Shown piece by piece: positions 42,584 through 58,196 of a stretch of 64,000 nucleotides of DNA. The DNA lies in the NCBI RefSeq assembly GCF_009914755.1, contig NC_060927.1, one strand, 5' to 3'. How positions within the stretch are numbered: the stretch's first letter is position 1; each line of letters opens with the position of its first letter. Made by a program: the position numbers and the translations under genes. The notes beneath the pieces were generated by a model, which was given only the letters and a program-made list of their open reading frames with translations, ran no database searches and was not told the origin of the DNA. The DNA is from the human T2T-CHM13v2.0 reference genome, Homo sapiens.

Positions 42584-42889
42584 GCCTGCCACCAAAAGTG
42601 AATGGGATCAACATGGGGGCATGAGGATGGATGTCAGTCTTGTAGCTGCTCTAGGCCCCACTGCAGACTGAGAAAGAGACAAGAGACATGCCGGCTTTAC
42701 ATATCAGCCTTGCAAGCTCAGTTTGGATCTGTGTCAGAGAGATGACTTGGCTTTTCTGACAGCACTAGCAAAATCAGATTTCTCAGGATGTAAGATTGAG
42801 GGTCACAAGCTTCCCACAGTAACTTTTAGTTTTTCCCTTAGAGAGAGCCATCTCAATGAGCCCAGGAGGTAAAAGAACCAGAACATTTC

Positions 42890-43312
42890 CATTTTGGAGA
42901 CAGAGACTGGCTGCTCACCAAATGTGCTTCTTCTTCTTTCTGTGCACATGGCTCTACTATGTTTTCTAAAGGCTCGCGTGATTAGGTGGAGCCACGGGAC
43001 TGAGTTCTAGCCAATGGTATGTGAATGAAAGTGATACATGCCACCTGCATCCCTGATCATAAAACCTCCCATGCATGAATTGCCATGCTAATTTTTCATC
43101 CTGCTGGCAATGTCAATGTACAGGGCAACAATGGAAGGTAAAAGCTGAAGTTAACAGAGCTGGCAGAAGCCTGAAGAACTGTGTGAGCCTGAGACACCCC
43201 AGTCTGAATTACAATGGATTATTGCTCATGTGAAAACTAAACACCTACTGCCTTCAGCCACGGAAACACTGGGTTTCATTTGTTATAGCAGTTGGTCAAC
43301 CTCACTAATATC
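42890..43312 (+). mobile_element. Old MLT1 (J-like) LTR
   Basis: gactgagttctagccaatgg.atgtga...tttgttatagcag...ctaata. Confidence 0.6.
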
Positions 43313-44439
43313 CTATTAACAATTAAAGGAAACGATCATTATAGTAGACATACATATTTTATTCTCAAGAAGAAAAGTTGCTCAAGGTGAGAATATGTGA
43401 GTCTCAGATATTCATATTCTCAAAAGAAAATATGAAATTCTTCATATTTTCTCTCATGCTCTTTTCTTCTCACCTCCCCTCCAGTTCACACTATCACTCT
43501 AATCCTTTGAACTGGCTCTTTTGACAGGTTTCCTCTCATTTTCTATTTTATTACTTTTTTCTTACTGTCTTTCACATGGGTGGCACATAGTTCAAGAAAA
43601 AAGTCAAAGGTCAACTTCATTATAGAATAGTAATTATTATTATTATTGTTTCCCCCATCAATCTCGTTGGGCTTTACTCTTTGGAAACCCGTAGGCAAGA
43701 CTTGGCAAACTAATTAACAGTATATCAATTTTCAAACTCGGTATTCCAACCATGAATGAGTGAGAAGTCAGAAGTAAACACTATTGTTGGAAGGGTAATC
43801 GAGCTGAAATGCATTATTGTGTGTTCCTTACAGAAGACCAAAGAGCTCCTGTTAACTTTCTTGTTAATAGGAATGTGGTCGTTCAGAACTGGGAAGAAAT
43901 AGTGTGTGGGAGTAATAAGAACATTTTGCATTAGGAATCTGCAAGAAAGGCAAGGGCAAGAAGAAGGAAGAAGACAGATAGCTCCAAAGTGGGAACAGGA
44001 GCCAGGGGGCTAGGTCTTGGCTCTGCCACTGAATTCTGGATGACTCTGGGTATCTCACTGCACCCTCATCAGGCCTCAGGAGGAAATGAGAGTATTATCA
44101 AACGATCTCTAGAGTTTTAACCAGCTGTAATGAAATTACAAAATACAGAATAGTCCTATAACTGAATGTTTAAAATGACTTATTTTTAAACATCAGAACC
44201 ATCTAGAAAAAGTGTACAATGAGCCCATGTTACCAGAACACAGTTTGACAACTAGGATGTGATAGGTATATTTCTCAGTGAAACTCAAGACCTTAGGAAA
44301 TATAAAAAGCATCAAGTTTACCAGAGGAATGTGGGAGAACTCTGTCATCATAAGGATAAATTTAGACCCTGTGTCTTCTCAACTTGCCCCTGCTAACGGG
44401 TGTGTCTGTGGGACTACGGAACTATGTGTGTGCTGGGAG

Positions 44440-46060
44440 CCAGCCTCAAGATTCTCATCCTAGCTGAGCATCAGAATCACCCATGTCAGTTTTCAGTGGC
44501 CAGTGGTATACAGCAGGGGTCCTTCAACCTCTTTGATTATTCCTTTGCTCTAAAAAATTGAGGGGACTGGCACCTCGATATGTGTATATTTATTTATTTA
44601 CAAATCATATGCATCCACTACTTGTACTAACCTATTTTGTATATTAGAAAATATATGCACAACAGAGTATTTAAATGAGATAGAAATGAATTAAGCTATA
44701 TTTAATTTTCATAATAGTTTATTTACAGTGGTATTTTTTAAACAGTAGTGATATGATTCAATATGCTTCTGTACTTTTTGAAAACCTCTGTTACATGCTT
44801 TGTGAAGGTGAGTTTTTGAGACTGATACTCTGGAAAAAGCTACCTCATAAAGAGACATAGATCTGAATGAAAAAAAGAGATTGTTGGCTGCCCTTGGTAA
44901 AGTATGGTATTCATTTTGTAACCCACCAATTATGCCAAGGTTTTTGTTAAAATCTGGCTAATAAAATTTCTATATTCCTTAATGTTAATTAGCTCTTCTA
45001 AAAATCTAAGTGAAAGGTGTTGTGTTTCTGTGTTTAAAACAATTTCTAACTTGACTTATCTCTTAATCTGGAAGATTATTAACCATGTGAGAAATTATGA
45101 TTCTGTAACTTTTAGGTGTTCTTTGAGAATTTTTAATAAGTGACACACTTAAATTATCTTTGTTAAGAACATCACAAATAGATAAAACATTTCCAAATTA
45201 TCCACATCATGAATTTCTTTGAAAAAGCTCTTACTTTCATTATTAAAATGTTACCATTACCTTGAAGAGATAAATTGCTTATGTTTTCAAAATATTTTGC
45301 ATGATACCATAGTACTGACAGCTATTTGTCACCACCACAAAGGTAAGCAAACTTGAAGCACACATTTTTTTACAAAAGAAATTATATTTGGCAATTCTTT
45401 TAAGTTCGTTAGCTGGAGATATCTAGTGAATCCACAATAGTTGTTCATGGGTCCTGACATCTCTCAGGTATTGTAAATATGCCCATCATTTAAGATAATG
45501 CAACCCACTTAACTGGGGACATGGCGACACCAACAAGACACAGGCATAAAATCAAATGGAGAAGTAAGGGGGCACTTTCAATCCCTTTGTATGCTGCAGT
45601 CCCCTTTCCCTTAAGAGACCTCAGAGGTGATCGCTCATGACTGGCTGACAAACATGGCATGTGAAGGAACCACTGTTTCTGTACACTAAATAGTAAAACT
45701 TAGTAAGCTTTACTCCTTTTGGAAAAAATGAATATAAACAGAAGTTTCATTATTTTCTTCTTGCACCCCTTTGGATTATCTTTGTATAGTCACTGTGCAT
45801 GTACATACTCCACTTACTGGTTTAGAGTCTAGGCTTCTGGTTTTTTTAGGTGTTTGGCTTTCAATCTGTGTAGTAACTTTGTTCTCAGTCTAGTATCTGT
45901 TTCTTCAAGTGTTGTCCATGGCCACCAGTTTTGGAATAGAACAAATACAGAGTTCTGGGTCCTATCACAGATCTATTTACATTAGAATATCTGGGAATCT
46001 GTATTTTTAACAAGCTTCCTAAGGTGCTTCTTTTGCACACCACGGTTTAAGATCCAATGC
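44440..46060. mobile_element. MER5-type ends with an interposed old hAT-Charlie-like segment
   Basis: gcatcagaatcaccc (44468) and gggaatctgtatttttaacaagcttcctaaggtg (45993) resemble MER5; cag..gggtccttcaacct at 44511 resembles a hAT terminus. Interior assignment is uncertain. Confidence 0.4.
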
Positions 46061-46484
46061 ATTACACTGAAAGCTTTTGAACAGATTATGTGTCCCTATT
46101 TCATTACATCACCAGCACCCAGGAGAATGGAGGCAATAAACACTTGGTAACTGAACTGCAATGAACATCGACTTCTCCTCCGGAAGAGAAATTTGAGGGC
46201 TTAGTTGGAGGTAATTAGTCACTATTCATCCCATCCATTCACTCATTATTGCAGGTACCCTGGAAATATCAGGGAATCAAACAGACAAAAAACATTGTCT
46301 TCACGGAGTTGATATAATGTCACGGAAAGACAGACAATAGAAAATAATATAACAAATCAGTAAACTACCTACTATAGAGATGGGGGCAGGGAGGTCTGCA
46401 GGGTGATTAGGGTAAACTTCACTGAGAAGCCTGGATCTGAAGACTTAAAGGAGGATGAGCAATCAGCCAAGTGGATATTCCTTT

Positions 46485-47329
46485 TGATAGGGACTGGAGG
46501 CTGGGAAATTCTGGACAGAAGAGGGCAGGTCCCTGGTGAGGGACCCACCCTTGAGCCTGGAGCTGTGGCCCAAACATCCCTGTTTTCCCGCTGGAAAGTT
46601 GCCTTTTCCAAAACCACCCACGGCCTGCCCCACTCCTCATCCCATGCCAATAAAAAACCCTATACCCATAAAAACCCCAGGTTCTGCCAGCAGAGAGGGG
46701 AGAGGAAGAGAAGAGGAGAAGCAGCTAGACATTGGAGACTATGGTTTGACGTCAAAGAGAAGCAGCTTGACTTCAGAGGGATGGTTTGATGGTGTCGCTT
46801 TGGAAAGCCGGACTCCAGGGGAAGATCATCTTCCTGCTCCATCCCCTTCTCAGCTCCCCTTCCCACTGAGAGCCACTTTCATCAGCAATAAAATCTTCTG
46901 CATTCATCACCTTTCAATTCAGCCGTGCGACCTGATTTTTCCAGATGCCAAAAAAGAGCTTGGACACCAAGCGTGTGGATGCAAAAGGCTGTCACACTGA
47001 CCCTCCACTGAGCTATTAACACTTAAGCTGTCCACAGTCTGCAAAGCTAAAAGAGCATTGACTGTAACACTCCTTCTGGGGCTTCAGGGTGGGGGAGTGG
47101 GGGTACTCCCTGCTAGATGCTGCAGTGGGGCCCGCATGGCGTTTTGCTCCTTCAGGTGCCCAAAAGCACTCACCCCGGCTCCTGCAAGTGCTCCCTCCCG
47201 CAAGGGGTTGAGTGCAACAGGTTCAAGTGAGTGGAGTTTGCCTCTGCCGGTGCCAAAGCAGCCAGCTAGCTCCAGAGAGGGCACACCAGTTCCCACCCGT
47301 GAAGGGGTCAGGGAAAATTTCCTGCTTCA
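46485..47329 (+). mobile_element. ERV1 solo LTR (MER50-like)
   Basis: TG...CA termini (tgatagggactggaggc...cctgcttca), TATA-like cataaaa, AATAAA at 46887, GC-rich relative to flanks. Confidence 0.8.
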
Positions 47330-50277
47330 TTCTCACTTGCCACAAATCCCATTCATACATCTTTACGTGTTTCAACCAAGACTTCTGAAAGATGGTTCCA
47401 CGATGCTACTGATACATAGTAGGAGCTTAGTATATTTTGGCTAAATGAATAAAAATAGTATTTTAGAGAAAGACACAGTGTAGGGGAATCAAACTACAAA
47501 GTTCCTCTTTAAAACCAGAAAAAAACAACTAAGTAAATAAAGATCTTTTCCAAATCATATTAAGACACTTGGAAAAATGTGTAACTATCAGCATATGAGG
47601 ACCATACTCATGTATCAAATGTCAGAGAAAAACCTCCTTCATAGTGCCACACTGGCCTCTGTCTGGAGGAGCTTGGAGGCTCACCCACGCGTACGAAGTG
47701 GTCACTCCAGGTTCGTGTGAATGGTCCAGTCACTACTGAGGTATAGAGAAAATCTTGCAGTATGATAAACTAACTTACATTTCCCAATATGGTAATCATA
47801 TGTGTGCTTGAACTGGATGAAATATACTTTAAAATTCTCCATGATAAAATGTTTTGCTTTTTTGGAGAGAGGGGACAGATAAAATGTCAAAGCATATATT
47901 TAAATAAAGTAGCTGATTATTATAGTTATACAGTTTACTACTTGAATATATTGGCATTTCTTCCTATAAAATCAATATACTTAACATTTTAAATTAGCAA
48001 TAATATATTTACTGAGTTAATATACTTAAGAGGCAAATAAAATATTTATGTGGCCATAACCACTATATTAAAAAAAGTGATGGTTTTTTTGTTCTGTCAG
48101 TTTTAAGTTTATAATCTTTTTTTCATAACTTATGATTTGTAATCTTCAATTTCGTTAAATCATAACTTTAAGATGACACAGAAATACTAAGAAGTCCCTT
48201 TCTGAACAAACTATTTCATATATAATAAGAAAAATAAGTGATTAGCTAGGTAGTCACAGCACTTAAAGCTGGAAATGACTGTTAGAGATTATAGGCTAAT
48301 TAAGGCCTTATCAGCCACACATCACCCTTTAAAAAACAATTAATGAACCTGAATTTAAGGCAGCAAAAGGTTGAATGATTTCCCTGGGGGTAAAATAGCA
48401 AGTCGGCGGTAAAGGAGGGCAGCCACTTGATTCCTTGACCTCAGGGATATAACACATTCATTTCGCTGTAATGCATTTTAATACTTTTCCATTTGGGGCT
48501 TCATAGACTTTCTGAACACACATGCATAGGACTGATAGCTTTAAAGTGTTAAGTAGTCTATTTAAAATAAATATCTCTCCCCAATAACCTAGATTTTCCT
48601 TACTTGTAAGACATCAAATAAAATGGAGGAGATTGGTTTGTAGATTATTCTTTGCTTACTGGGAAAAGTTTGCTTAATGAGAACAAGTTAACCCATGGAT
48701 TTTAGTCTCCTCTTTAGGTATTTAAGGAAAAATAAATCACAATTCTAATGAGTTAAGTTGTGTCTCACTAAAGGAACCTTGTCTTCTAAAACATGCCGAG
48801 CAATCATTTCCACAAAGTTTCATTGCTCTCTCAAGCTGCCCCAAATAAAAATCACTAAACATCTCCAAACTGACTTTAAAGATCTAAATAGACATGCTTA
48901 TTTTCAGCAAATATTGTTGCCATGAACAACTATTACACACAATAAAGCTAAATAAAGATCACTGGATGAGATCCTTTTCACACTGACTTTTCACTAACAA
49001 AGAAAATATTTATGTTGAATAATAACATGAAACATTATATAAATTAATGCCAAATAAAAATTTATTAGAGACTCCTTACACATTTCATGGACTTCTAATA
49101 ATTAGCGTTTGCAAATGTACAAGGTATTAAGGGCGATATAGTCATTCTTTGGGTCTCTGAGGCGGTCACTGAGTGACTCTGGATAAAGAACGGCCAGGCC
49201 CTGCCTGGTTGCTTACTTCAGAAACTTCTAGGAATTCTACTTCCTCTGTTTTCTCAAGCTGGGATAATATCTCCCTGCAAATTCTTCAAAGCCCAGTTGG
49301 AATGTTTCTTTCCTCTAAGAAACTTTCTGACCATTTAAGTCTGAATTGATTATTCTTTCTGCAGTGGTGTCTGTTGAACCAAACTGAATCTTGCTAAAAT
49401 AGACCCCAAAGGGTCCATTGAGATTATGTGGTCCAGTTTCCTCATTCTACAGTTCAAGAAATGAAGTGACTTGTCCAATAAACGCAGCAGGGTGAACTTC
49501 TCTCATAGAGCAGACACTGGGTTAGTGCTGTTGGAGATCTAGTACCTGATGCAGTGAAGCTCTCAGTTTGGTAGATGAGAAAACTGAATGGTCTGGTTCC
49601 CTTGGGTTCAACTACACAGAGGAGCATGTTGACATAAATGAAAGCAAAACTGACTGAGACTGGTGGTATACAGAAGGCAGCTAAGATTATTTCTTAAAAG
49701 ATCAAAGTAAAAGAATTCAGAGTCGTGGCCACAGTATTCTTAAACAATAACTTATTGGCCTGACCATGTGACGGCCAAGAGGTGTGAGTGAGTGTGCTTA
49801 CCAAGGGAGAAATTCATTTAAGACTACTTGGAACTTCCGGCTAAGAGCAAAAGTAGTTTATAATAAGAAAATGTCTTAATCATTGCCAAGAATCACCGAG
49901 AATCCCGTAATCTTTCTGAAATTTCAAACTGTGATCTTAAAAATGAGTTTACTTTTTATCCATCAGGTAAGACTGCATAGGAAGAACAAACTAATAGCAA
50001 GCCCTCCCTAGCTCATCAACCACTCTCAGGCACGTTCCCCTGGTCCTGGCTCCAATGATACTGGTCTTTCAATTTCACCAATAGCCTAAGCTCTTTTCTG
50101 CTTTCGAGCTTTTGCATTTGCTATTCCCCTTCCTGGAGGTTCTCGTCTCTATTCTTTGCCTGGCTGGTTCCTTTTCCTCCATTAGCTGCCACCTGAAATG
50201 GCACCTCCTCAGAAGGGCTTTTTGACCAACCTACCTAAATTAGGTCTTCTCTCAGCCCAGATTCTACCCTCACTCAT

Positions 50278-50283
<6 letters not shown>

Positions 50284-50319
<36 letters not shown>
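50284..50319. repeat. (AC)18 microsatellite in an Alu tail
   Basis: Perfect dinucleotide run. Confidence 0.95.
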
Positions 50320-50612
<293 letters not shown>

Positions 50613-51402
50613 ATATTATTACCCTATTTGCGCCCTTTATAACACATCATAATCTGTATTTTCTTGCTTAATTGTTTATTATGGTAAGAGCCATATGTAT
50701 TTTTTTTATATACCATTATATCACCATGATTTAACCAGTACCTGGTGCACAGAAGATACACAATAAGGACTGGTTAAATTAATGAATTCAAAATACTATA
50801 AAACTAACTCAAAATTATTTAAGGCCCCTAGGAAAACCTTAAAGTATTTTGAGAAACACATGATTCTTATTATGAAATGTCTGAAACCAATAAATAATAA
50901 ATTTCAAATACTGGTTTAATAAAGATTTTCATATTATTCCTTACAAATCTTTGTTTTAGAGCCAGCATTTACTCAGAAGTAAAACTTAACTTTTTAGAAA
51001 ATGCTAATCTATGTCAAAAAGTCTTTATTTCTGATTGGATGTGAAAATACACCTAATTAGTCACTAAATACCTAAATATCAACTATAATAAACATCCAAT
51101 TGGTTGTGATCTAGTGATAGAAAAGAAAAAGGAAATATTAGTCACACAGCTCAGAAACAAAGAAAAAACAGCTTTTGTTATGTCACAAACAGAATAAACA
51201 CAAAAAAATAATTTGAAGAATGGCAGTTTTCTAAGAAATGCCCAGTTTTGGGAGTAAAAAAAAAAAAAGATGAAAATAGGAGTAATGGAAACAATCTTGC
51301 TGTAACATAACATCATCACAAAAAATTGGATTAGTAACATACTAGAAAATCTGAATAGACCGTCTGCTGGAAGCATTATGAAAAGTAAATAAATGGATAT
51401 AG

Positions 51403-51754
<352 letters not shown>

Positions 51755-53004
51755 GGATTTTAGATTCTTTATTGCTCAGAAAGAAAAAGATTACAATGGC
51801 ATTAAGGAAAGGAACATTTTCTAAAATTGTCACCTGACTGGCAGCAGGCTTAGATCCATCCACTACTTTTCAAGTTTGATGTGACATTTTACCAAAGTTA
51901 TTTATTTGATATTGACAAAAATGTTGTATGTATAGTGAGATTTCTTGGAATTAAATGAGTAAAAATTAAAGTACCTATATACAATTTGAAATTTGAAATT
52001 CAGACTTTTTGTAATTTAAAAAGACAAAATTTAATATAACCTCAAGCAAGAACCAAATCAGAACTGGCCAAGCATTGTACATTGTACATTATATTTTTAT
52101 AGTGTGTTTCTGTGTACAAGAATGACTATGAAATTAAATTCTTATTTCTAGAAATTTTCTTCCATAAACAATAACAGTCAATGCTAAAAGGACTGCTTGC
52201 CAAGTTACTAGAAATATTTTTTCCCAAATATTCTAGTCTTCAAAACAAATGGTAGCCGTCAAATTCTTACTGCATAATCTAAAATGGTAATACATGTACT
52301 GTATTTCATTTATAATAAGTCTTTATGATAAGGTTAACACTTCAACACACAACACAAATAAGAGAACACCAAAAAATGAAAATTACTTTGCTTATGTTTC
52401 TGTATTAGAATTTTATTTGCTAAAGGGTAAAAACAGATTTGCAAAATTCACCGTTAACTTAAAACAATAGTTTTAAACCTTTTTTCCTAGCCCTTACTGC
52501 CTTCAGGAAGGAAAGAACATCTGGTTATTTAAGGAACACAATATGCTCACATTTTCTATGACTTTTGTTTCTAATTGGGTTTTAACATTTTTTTTGAATG
52601 TGAGCAACTAGCTAGAACAATGTTTTTTAATCACTTCATATTTTTCAGATTGTCCTCCTTCTATCCCTCTAACTTCATCTCATGGATTGTTTTTGGAAAT
52701 CTGCTTAGTAGTTCTAATATGATAAAGACAAGAAAATGAAAATTAGGGCTGTGGTCTGAAGAGCTAAGTACAGAAGTTGTATTTACCATGTGCAGACTAT
52801 AGGATGCTAAAAACAGATATTTGATATCCAGTCTTCATAAGGCATACATTTTCAAAAATTTCAACTAGTTCCTGGGCCACTTACATATATGGCAGTTTCA
52901 TTTATTACAGATGAAGAATTTCTATGAGAAATATGTAAGTAGAGGTCCACTATTTTTAAAACTAATAAAGCCACAGCTCCTGCATGGAAAGGTGGTCTGA
53001 GGAT

Positions 53005-53145
53005 GGGGGTTCAATTGCTGGTCTGCCACTAAAAAGCTCTGTGACCTTGAATAAGTCTCTAAGCTTTATCTTTGTTCTCACTTTTTCATCTATGAAAGGA
53101 GAAGCTGGATAAGACTGTCTAGGTTCTTTGCAGTTCTAAAACTCT
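53005..53145 (+). mobile_element. MIR
   Basis: gggttcaattgctggtctgccactaa...gtgaccttgaataagtc...ttttcatctatgaaagg. Confidence 0.6.
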
Positions 53146-54511
53146 GACAGCCTAAGGGAAGTAAATTAACTAGATTCTTTGCTATGTCTTCTGTATTCCA
53201 TAATATATGACAGTAGTAACAGGATTTTAAATAATTCTGATATATAGCAAATTAAGGAACTAGATGCTCTTTAAGTTCAAGTTGTATAATTAATTAACTA
53301 TCTTGATAAAAATGGCAGCTGAAAAATAAACCACTGGCTGTGGCTTTTGTGGAATGTGAACATGGGTTCCAGAAATATTCTCGATTAGTGATGTTCAACT
53401 AGATTAGAGTCAGTGTGGTGAACTGGAATGAGGCATGGCACTTGAATCAGAAATCAATTCTATCATTATTTCCTTTATACCAAGATATGCAGGACACAAA
53501 GCTGAGTGCTAAAAAATGAGCAGGATCCAGTCCTAAGGCGTAATAACTTACAAAACACACATGCATATATACAAGGTGCCGTGGGAACTCAAAGGAGGAC
53601 ATGTCCTATCTGAACCTGAAAATTGTTTCATGGGGAATGCAGAACAGACGCCAGGAATCCGAGGAGGGAATGAATAGATAGAACAGTCATGATGCCACTC
53701 TAGCTAGCTTGGGAGCTTATAAGCTTTTTGACCTTGGGAAAGCCACATAAACTTAACCTCCTCCCTACTGAAAAAAGTGAGGAAAGATAACCTGCTCTGC
53801 CTACCTCATAGGGTTGTTGATTAATGTCAGAGTGCTTGGAAAACTATGAAGGAGTATGATCCTATTATTATAGTTTTTAGGCCTACTTTTTTCTATCTAT
53901 TCAAATAAGAAATCTTTCCACAGTAAAGGCTATCTCTGATATAAAATAATTAGAACCTTGTGTCTCAAGCTATACTTGCAGAATGTATTCTCCACTGAGC
54001 AATTTAGGGATGATGGTAGGATAAAGCGCTTTTCTGAAGGTTTACAATGAACCTACTAAGGCTCAGAGCTCCTTGTTTGATTTTATTGAACCTGTTAGCA
54101 GCATTCAACACTACTATCATATGAAACTAGGAAATGGGAAAGAATGCTTTCATGTCTCAAATCTCATCTTTCTACTAGTTAATTTCATTGAGAATTGTAT
54201 GTTTATATACTTACTCTGATCTATGTGATTCAGGAATGATTACAGTATTTTTAGTGTTTCACTGTTGCTATTAATAGAAAACATTTAAAGCACTATGATG
54301 TCTGAATTTTTAGAGGCTATAGGCAGGTGTACTAGTACCATCTTTCCCTCTTTTTTTCCCCCTTAGCATAAATAGCCTCTTTTATGACTTTATAATTGAC
54401 ATTAACAACACTGAAAACCCCGTCCACTTGTGGATTTCTATAGAATAGATAAACTTGCTGTTTTTCTCACTTTACTTTTGCAGCACTGGGTTGGACCTCG
54501 TTAGTTCATTG

Positions 54512-55611
54512 TAATGGTGGCAGAAAGCAGATGAATCCTAAGTAGACAGGGATGGGTCCCTGATGAAACCTGACCTTCCAGCCAAAGACAGTTTAAAGCC
54601 TAGCTACAAGTCCCGGGGTAAATCCATGGACTGGTTTGAAAACCCGTCTTCCTGTTTGCCATGCTTTTCTGATTGATCCCCACCCTTCACCTATTTTACA
54701 TACACCTAACCTTTCCTAATTGGTTTTTTACACTGTTGTGCCCACCTCTAAGTGGTGCCTTTGTTTTAGCCATTTTTTGCATACTCACAAACCAGTCAGC
54801 ACACACTCCCCATTCTGAGCCCATAAAAGCTCCGGACCTAGCCACATGGAGAGAAACCACCCAACTTCGGGTAGAGGACCACCCTTGCATCCCCTCTCCA
54901 GTGAGAGCTATTTCATCACTCAATAAGATATTTCTCCACCCTCCTCACCCTTCAATTGTCAGCATGATCTTGTTCTTGGATGCAGGACCAGAAGTAGGGA
55001 TCCACTGAACATGGGTACACCAAAGGCTGTAACAACTGTGGTCCTCTACCCTCCGCTGGCAGAGGGTTGCGACCCCTTGTGATGGGAAGCAGCAGCAAGG
55101 CCGAACCAGCCCCGGAGCCATGAGCCAGAGTGAGGCAAGGGACTGACAGAGCTGTTAACACGCTGCAGTCCACTGGGTTGCGGACAACAGGACTAAATGA
55201 GCTCATCAGCATGCTGTAACATCCCCTCTGGGGCTTCGGGGTTGTGGGCACCCCTGCCTGGGCACCACTGTGTTCCCCTTATCTGGATGCCAGAGTCTAC
55301 CATGGGAGTGGCTTGCAACACACCTGGTCCAGCTGCAAGCCCCGCATGGAGTCTGCGTCTGTGCTGGCACTCAGAACAGCTGGCCAGACCCTGCACTCGC
55401 TTGCCCATGCACCCCCTCCCATTGGCAGCTGAGCACACAGTCACAGCAGCCACAGGATCCGGGCTGGTGTGCAAACCAGGCATGGTATGGCGGGCCGAGT
55501 GGATGTAGTGCCTCCTGCGGCAGGCCCAGGGCTGAGTGAGGCCCTGGGTGGGAATGTTGCCTTCTGTGGAGGTCCCCAGCTGGCAGAGTGACTGAGAGAG
55601 ATCCTGCGTCA
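54512..55611 (+). mobile_element. ERV1 solo LTR (LTR28/LTR27/LTR9-group-like), ~1.1 kb
   Basis: taatggtggcag...agccaaagacagtttaaagcctagctacaagtcc...gatcctgcgtca; CCAAT-like ctgattg, cccataaaag TATA; flanks attg/attc. Confidence 0.8.
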
Positions 55612-55628
55612 ATTCAAAGTCAGTTCTT

Positions 55629-55851
<223 letters not shown>

Positions 55852-58089
55852 TCAAAGACAAAGGATGTTCTGCTTACACAGGTCATCAGAGACAATTTAA
55901 TTCAACCTCCAAATATTACAAAAGAGAAGCCCAAGGCTCAGCAAGCATGATTTTTCCAAAATAATGAAGATGTTGGTGGCAGAGCCAAGGTTTGACCCAA
56001 GGTCCCAATTCCTAACTCAGGTTCCTTACGGAACACTACACTGCCACAGGCCCATATTAACACACGTGTCAAGTGACTTTAGTTACTACTTAAAATCTGT
56101 AAAATGATGTTAATGAGTCAGCCACATATACACTTAACTATATCTACCATTTTGCAGGGTTAGCCATCTGAAAGCCCCTTTTCAAAGGCTACACAGCTTT
56201 CTTTACTTTTCCTATAGATATCATCATTCCATGAACTTATTCTACTGAGCCTTTTAAATATGACTCCCTCATCATGCCCAATTTATTATGTCCCAGGAAT
56301 ATCAGTTTAAGGTCATTGTACTGATCATGTTTTTACTTGGTAAGACTCTGAATGTGAAGGTGGGGAATTCCCTTTTTTGGATACACTATTATTTTTTTCT
56401 CTTAAACCTTAAAGAATCTATATTTTAATGCTTATAGAATTTGCTTCATTATATGTACACGACTTTATTGAGATAAAAAGTACTCCATTAAAATCATACT
56501 AACATGAAAGGGCATTTAGGTTCCACTAATAAACACTGATGAACTTAGAATAAAGAATTCTGAAGCTGGATGAGTGAGTGATTCACAGAAACATCAACCA
56601 TATTTAGCTAGGGAAAAATTACCAAGATCGATAGGTTTTGATAACATATTCATTTCTTTCTTCAATTAAAACAAATCATGCAAGTAGAAATTTCAAATTG
56701 CTATTTTAGCAATGTTTTTCACTCTGTATGATTCTAAAAATTCCTAATGCTAAGCTGATAGAATTTGCCCTAAGTCTGTAGATCAAAACTCATACCTCAT
56801 TGACCAGTAACCTCATTCGTTAGTCTTATTTTACAGATATTTTGTCATCTTGTGGGGTTTTTTTGGGGGTGTAGGGAGTATATAGTCATACAACTTACAA
56901 ATACATATGTACATAAAATATAAATATGGAACTTTCAATTTTCATAGTCATATTCATAAGCCTTACCAGAAAAAAGTATGCTTCCTTATACATCGGAGAA
57001 ATAATGGATTATATTTCTGATGCTTAATGAAACTGCTTTGTGTAAGAGAAATGATATGAAAGTTCATAAATTTACAGAACAGATATAGGCATAAGGAAGT
57101 GAATTCTTTTAAATCAATCAAAGAATAAAGGATATACTAAAAGGTTGAAGTCAACAACCAAGGAAAGGACAGAAATCCTTTAGAATCTAAATTTACATTA
57201 AACTTGGAGGCCCAAGTTGATCAGACAGAGCTTTGGCAATGGAACCCACAGACAGACTGACTGACTCAGAGACAGTTCGACAACTGCCAACATGACTGTT
57301 GGGAGGGTTGCCAAAGAGCCAAAGGCTGGGATTACCATCCAATGCCTGGCATTCTGATATTCGTGTTTGAAGCTTTCTCTCTCATACTTCTTCCAATATT
57401 TTTGTTTGGCTCAAAAGTAGCAAGGATTCACAGATTTTTTTAGATCATTAAATGTTCTTATTTTCAAGAAATATAACATTAGTTGTAAAAGAGCACACTT
57501 TTTCTCTGAAGTGTAAAGAAAATTTTGGTGAATTGCTTTACGCTCAAATAGAGAAATCAGTGTTAAAGTCTGTTTAAATCTTTATTTTATTAGATTACTC
57601 TTAACCGCCCAAATAAGAAATATTAATACATATCATAATATGAAATAATTTAGTGTTTCATTGTATCCAGTCTTATAGAACTGGTCCTTTGTATAAAGCT
57701 ACTTTCTTGATCTTCATATGGCCCCCAAGGTTCTACTTGGATAAATCAACCCCTGTGTGGGGTACCAATGACAATACAGTTTGGCTGTAAGGAGAGGTAG
57801 TTCCTCAACTATTTCCTTGACTTGTGAGGAAGGGAAAAGCATAGAATAACCTTCTGTGGGAAAAGAGACATGTGTTCCAGTTTCTCATGGCAAGGTCTAC
57901 CTAATTTGCCTGTTGAGTTGCTGGCCAATGAGGTATATGGGTTTTGGCCTACAACTTTAGGCAAATGCTACCATTAGGCAATTCATCTACCATTAGGCAA
58001 ATTCCACATTTGGAATTCTTAGACTCTACACAGAGAAGCCTATTTTTCACCCAACTTAAAATTATGCATACCCTACTGGGGAAGCTTAC

Positions 58090-58196
58090 CTTTGGATCTC
58101 TAAGGAACAGAGCCTTAAGAATCAGTGAGTGTACATCCCCGATGAATGGGTAATGCATCAGAAGGCCGAGACAGGTCTGGTAGTTACTAGAGATCA
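58090..58196 (-). CDS. TBC1D5: TBC1D5 internal coding exon (107 bp): xISSNYQTCLGLLMHYPFIGDVHSLILKALFLRDPK, region at/just after the end of the TBC domain
   Basis: Minus-strand acceptor ttcttcttattttag|TGATC and donor CCAAAG|gtaagc. Open frame, phase 1 in and phase 0 out, joins the 24785 exon in frame. Peptide recognised from memory as TBC1D5. Confidence 0.93.

Noticed and set aside
46372-47444. Cluster of overlapping 68-154 aa ORFs
   Set aside because: All fall in or across the MER50-like LTR, occur on both strands, and resemble no protein I know.
57949-58089. ORF extension VSFPSRV... as coding sequence
   Set aside because: It follows a strong AAG|gtaagc donor, so it is intron read-through.
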